DNA from: Takakia lepidozioides
Taxonomy: Eukaryota; Plantae; Bryophyta
DNA: 64,000 nucleotides
Assembly: GCA_030704615.1 (NCBI GenBank)
Contig: CM060733.1
Coordinates: 45,694,001-45,758,000 of the forward strand
Direction of reading: 5' to 3'
In this document: piece after piece, positions 61,592-64,000 of the stretch
How positions within the stretch are numbered: the first letter of the stretch is position 1
Layout of the letters: each line of letters opens with the position of its first letter
Notes under the pieces: model-generated
Told to the model about the DNA's origin: nothing
Database searches by the model: none
What the model saw: the letters and a program-made list of their open reading frames with translations, nothing else
Translations under genes and position numbers: made by a program

Positions 61592-64000
61592 TTGAATTCT
61601 GCAAGCAAACTTGTTGGGTGGGTCTATAGTGGTTTGGAGCAATTTTTACATGTTACTGCCAATGTGGCAGCAGGGAAGTATCCAAAAACAGATAACAGAG
61701 ACGAGGAGAAGCTTTGGAATGAATGTTTTTCTGACCCCAGTCAATGGTGGGACAATCGAGGCAAACAGGTGAATGCCTGTTAGATTACAGAGAGAAGCAA
61801 ACAACAAGATGCAATGCAAAGCTTTGTTGGAAATTGTCATCCTGTCTCTCCCAGCACATTTTTAAAGTCTTGGGGCAATTCAGCATCTGAGCTAGTGTGA
61901 TAAGTAGGGTTGGGGTGTTTGCTAGAACAAATCTAGGCTGTCATTGTCAGCTGCTAGGCAAGGAGAGGATCTATACATGATTGCTGCAGAGGCAGAGATA
62001 GCTGAATTAGCCAGGATAGAGTGTGGGTCCAGACTCATCCCAGAGGGCTGGACTTCAAGCACATAATTACCTATGATTCCCTGTGGGTCGCTATCTACAA
62101 GAAACCTGCATGGGTAGATGGTCAACTGGAAGCAACAGAGCTGTGGCGCAGTTGATTAAATCCGGCACCTCCACCATGACCACAGCTTCCGAAAGAGGAC
62201 CTAGAGAGGGAATCCACAATGCCCCTTCTGGCACTTTTGGGCATGTGAGGATGCTATTCGAGGCAGGGCAACTGAAAGCAGGTCTACAGACTTTAAACCA
62301 AGGAGGCGTATCAGCAGATTCAGATACTTATGTCTGTCTCTTGCATAAGTGTATCAAGATGAAATGCATGGAAGCCGGAAAGCAGGTGCATGCTCACATT
62401 ATCCAAACTGGATTCAAGCCAAACGTTTTTCTACACAACACCCTTGTCAACATGTATGTTAAGTGCGGGAGCATCTTGGATGCTCACCGAGTGTTCAACA
62501 GAATGCCTCAACGATGCTTGATCACATGGAATATAATGATGGCAGGATTTACCAAGCATGGGTGTGGTAGAAATGCTTTGGAGACATACGAACAAATGAT
62601 GTGGGAAGGAGTGAAGCCCAACCACATCACGTTTGTCTGCGTTTGCAATGCGTGTGCGAGCCTGGCAGCCCTGGAAAAGGGCAAAGAGGTCCATGGTGAC
62701 ATTGTCAAAGCTGGAATTGTACCAGATGTCATTCTCAACACTGCCCTGGTGGACATGTATGCCAAATGTGGGAGCATTGAAGATGCAAAGGGAGTGTTCA
62801 ACAATATGGCTCAACGAAATGTGGTGTCGTGGAATGCGATGATGGCAGGATATGCACAGCAGGGGTGTGGGATGGAGGCTTTGGAGACCTATGCGCAAAT
62901 GATGCGGGAAGGGGTGAAGCCCAACCTCATCACATTCGTTTGTGTTTGCAATGCATGTGCAAGCCTGGCAGCCCTGGAAAAGGGCAAAGAGGTCCATGGT
63001 GACATCGTCATAGCTGGAATTGTACCAGATGTCATTCTGAACAATACCCTTGTGGACATGTATGCCAAATGTGGGTGCATCGAAGACGCAAAGGGAGTGT
63101 TCGACAATATGGCTGAACGAAATGTGGTGTCATGGAGTGCGATGATCACAGGATATACACAGCAGGGGCGCGGGATGGAGGCTTTGGAGACCTATGAGCA
63201 AATGATGCAGGAAGGGGTGAAGCCCAACCACATCACATTTGTTTGCGTTTGCAATGCGTGTGCAAGCCTGGCAGCCTTGGAAAAGGGCAAAGAGGTCCAT
63301 GGTGACATCATCAAAGCTGGAATTGTACCAGATGTCATTCTGAACAATACCCTCGTGGACATGTATGCCAAATGTGGTTGCATCGAGGATGCAAAGAGAG
63401 TGTTTGACAATATGGCTGAACTAGATGTGGTGTCATGGAGCACAATGATCGCAGGGTATGCACAGCTGGGGTGCAGTATGGAGGCTTTAGAGACCTATGA
63501 GCAAATGATGCGGGAAGGGGTGAAGCCAAACCACATCACGTTTGTTTGCGTTTGCAATGCATGTGCGAGCCTGGCAACCCTGGAAAAGGGCAAAGAGGTC
63601 CATGGTGACATTGTCAGAAGTGGAATTGTACCAGACGTGATTCTGAATACTGCCCTGGTGGACATGTATGCCAAATGTGGGAGCATTGAAAATGCAAAGG
63701 GAGTGTTCGACAATATGGCGGAACAAAATGTTGTGTCGTGGAACGCAATGATTGCAGGATATGTACAGCAGGGGTGCGGGATGGAGGCTTTGGAGGCCTA
63801 TGTCCAAATGATGCGAGAAGGGATGAAGCCCAATCACATCACATTTGTTTGCGTTTGCAATGCATGCGCAAGCCTGGCAGCCCTGGGAAAGGGCAAAGAG
63901 GTCCATGGTGACATCGTCAAAGTTGGAATTGTACCAGATGTCATTCTGAACAATACCCTTGTGGACATGTATGCCAAATGTGGGAGCATCGATGATGCAA
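61592..64000 (+). CDS. PDF-motif + PLS-PPR protein gene, running off the window end; 5' end uncertain; 1-nt frameshift near 62139
   Basis: EKLWNECFSDPSQWWDNRGKQ|THPRGLDFKHIITYDSLW (intron 61769-62032), then an apparently open PLS frame from 62176 with 303-bp repeats. Confidence 0.85.

Noticed and set aside
43440-63906. Many short ORFs antisense to PPR genes (e.g. HLAYMSTR repeats)
   Set aside because: Shadow ORFs of the PPR repeats.

Overview
Eukaryotic genomic DNA, most likely from a seed-free land plant with flagellated sperm (spliceosomal introns, a DRC5/TCTE1 gene, a cluster of PLS-DYW PPR genes). (1) 1-~12200: a large Mutator-like DNA transposon whose left end is probably outside the window. 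It has two divergent spliced genes: on + a GCM-type zinc domain/DDE transposase/SWIM protein, and on - a ParB/Srx-fold protein fused to a beta-class (N6-A/N4-C type) DNA methyltransferase domain. The element carries over 30 copies of the palindrome GGAAATGCGG-YR-CCGCATTTCC: a ~52-bp-phased array between the genes, copies near both ends and single copies in three introns. (2) 13.7-18 kb: a disrupted F-box gene and DRC5/TCTE1. (3) 21.8-64 kb: five PLS-type PPR genes or relics. Three have an N-terminal OSB-type PDF motif (LW..F.DP..WWDNR...PR.PDFKH) split by a shared intron. One is interrupted by a CACTA element into whose flank a full Ty3/gypsy element later inserted. There are also RTE-like and CRE-like non-LTR elements and a small conserved Cys/His-rich gene. 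Many genes carry isolated 1-nt frameshifts that may be assembly errors. All domain calls come from motif recognition by eye; no searches were run.
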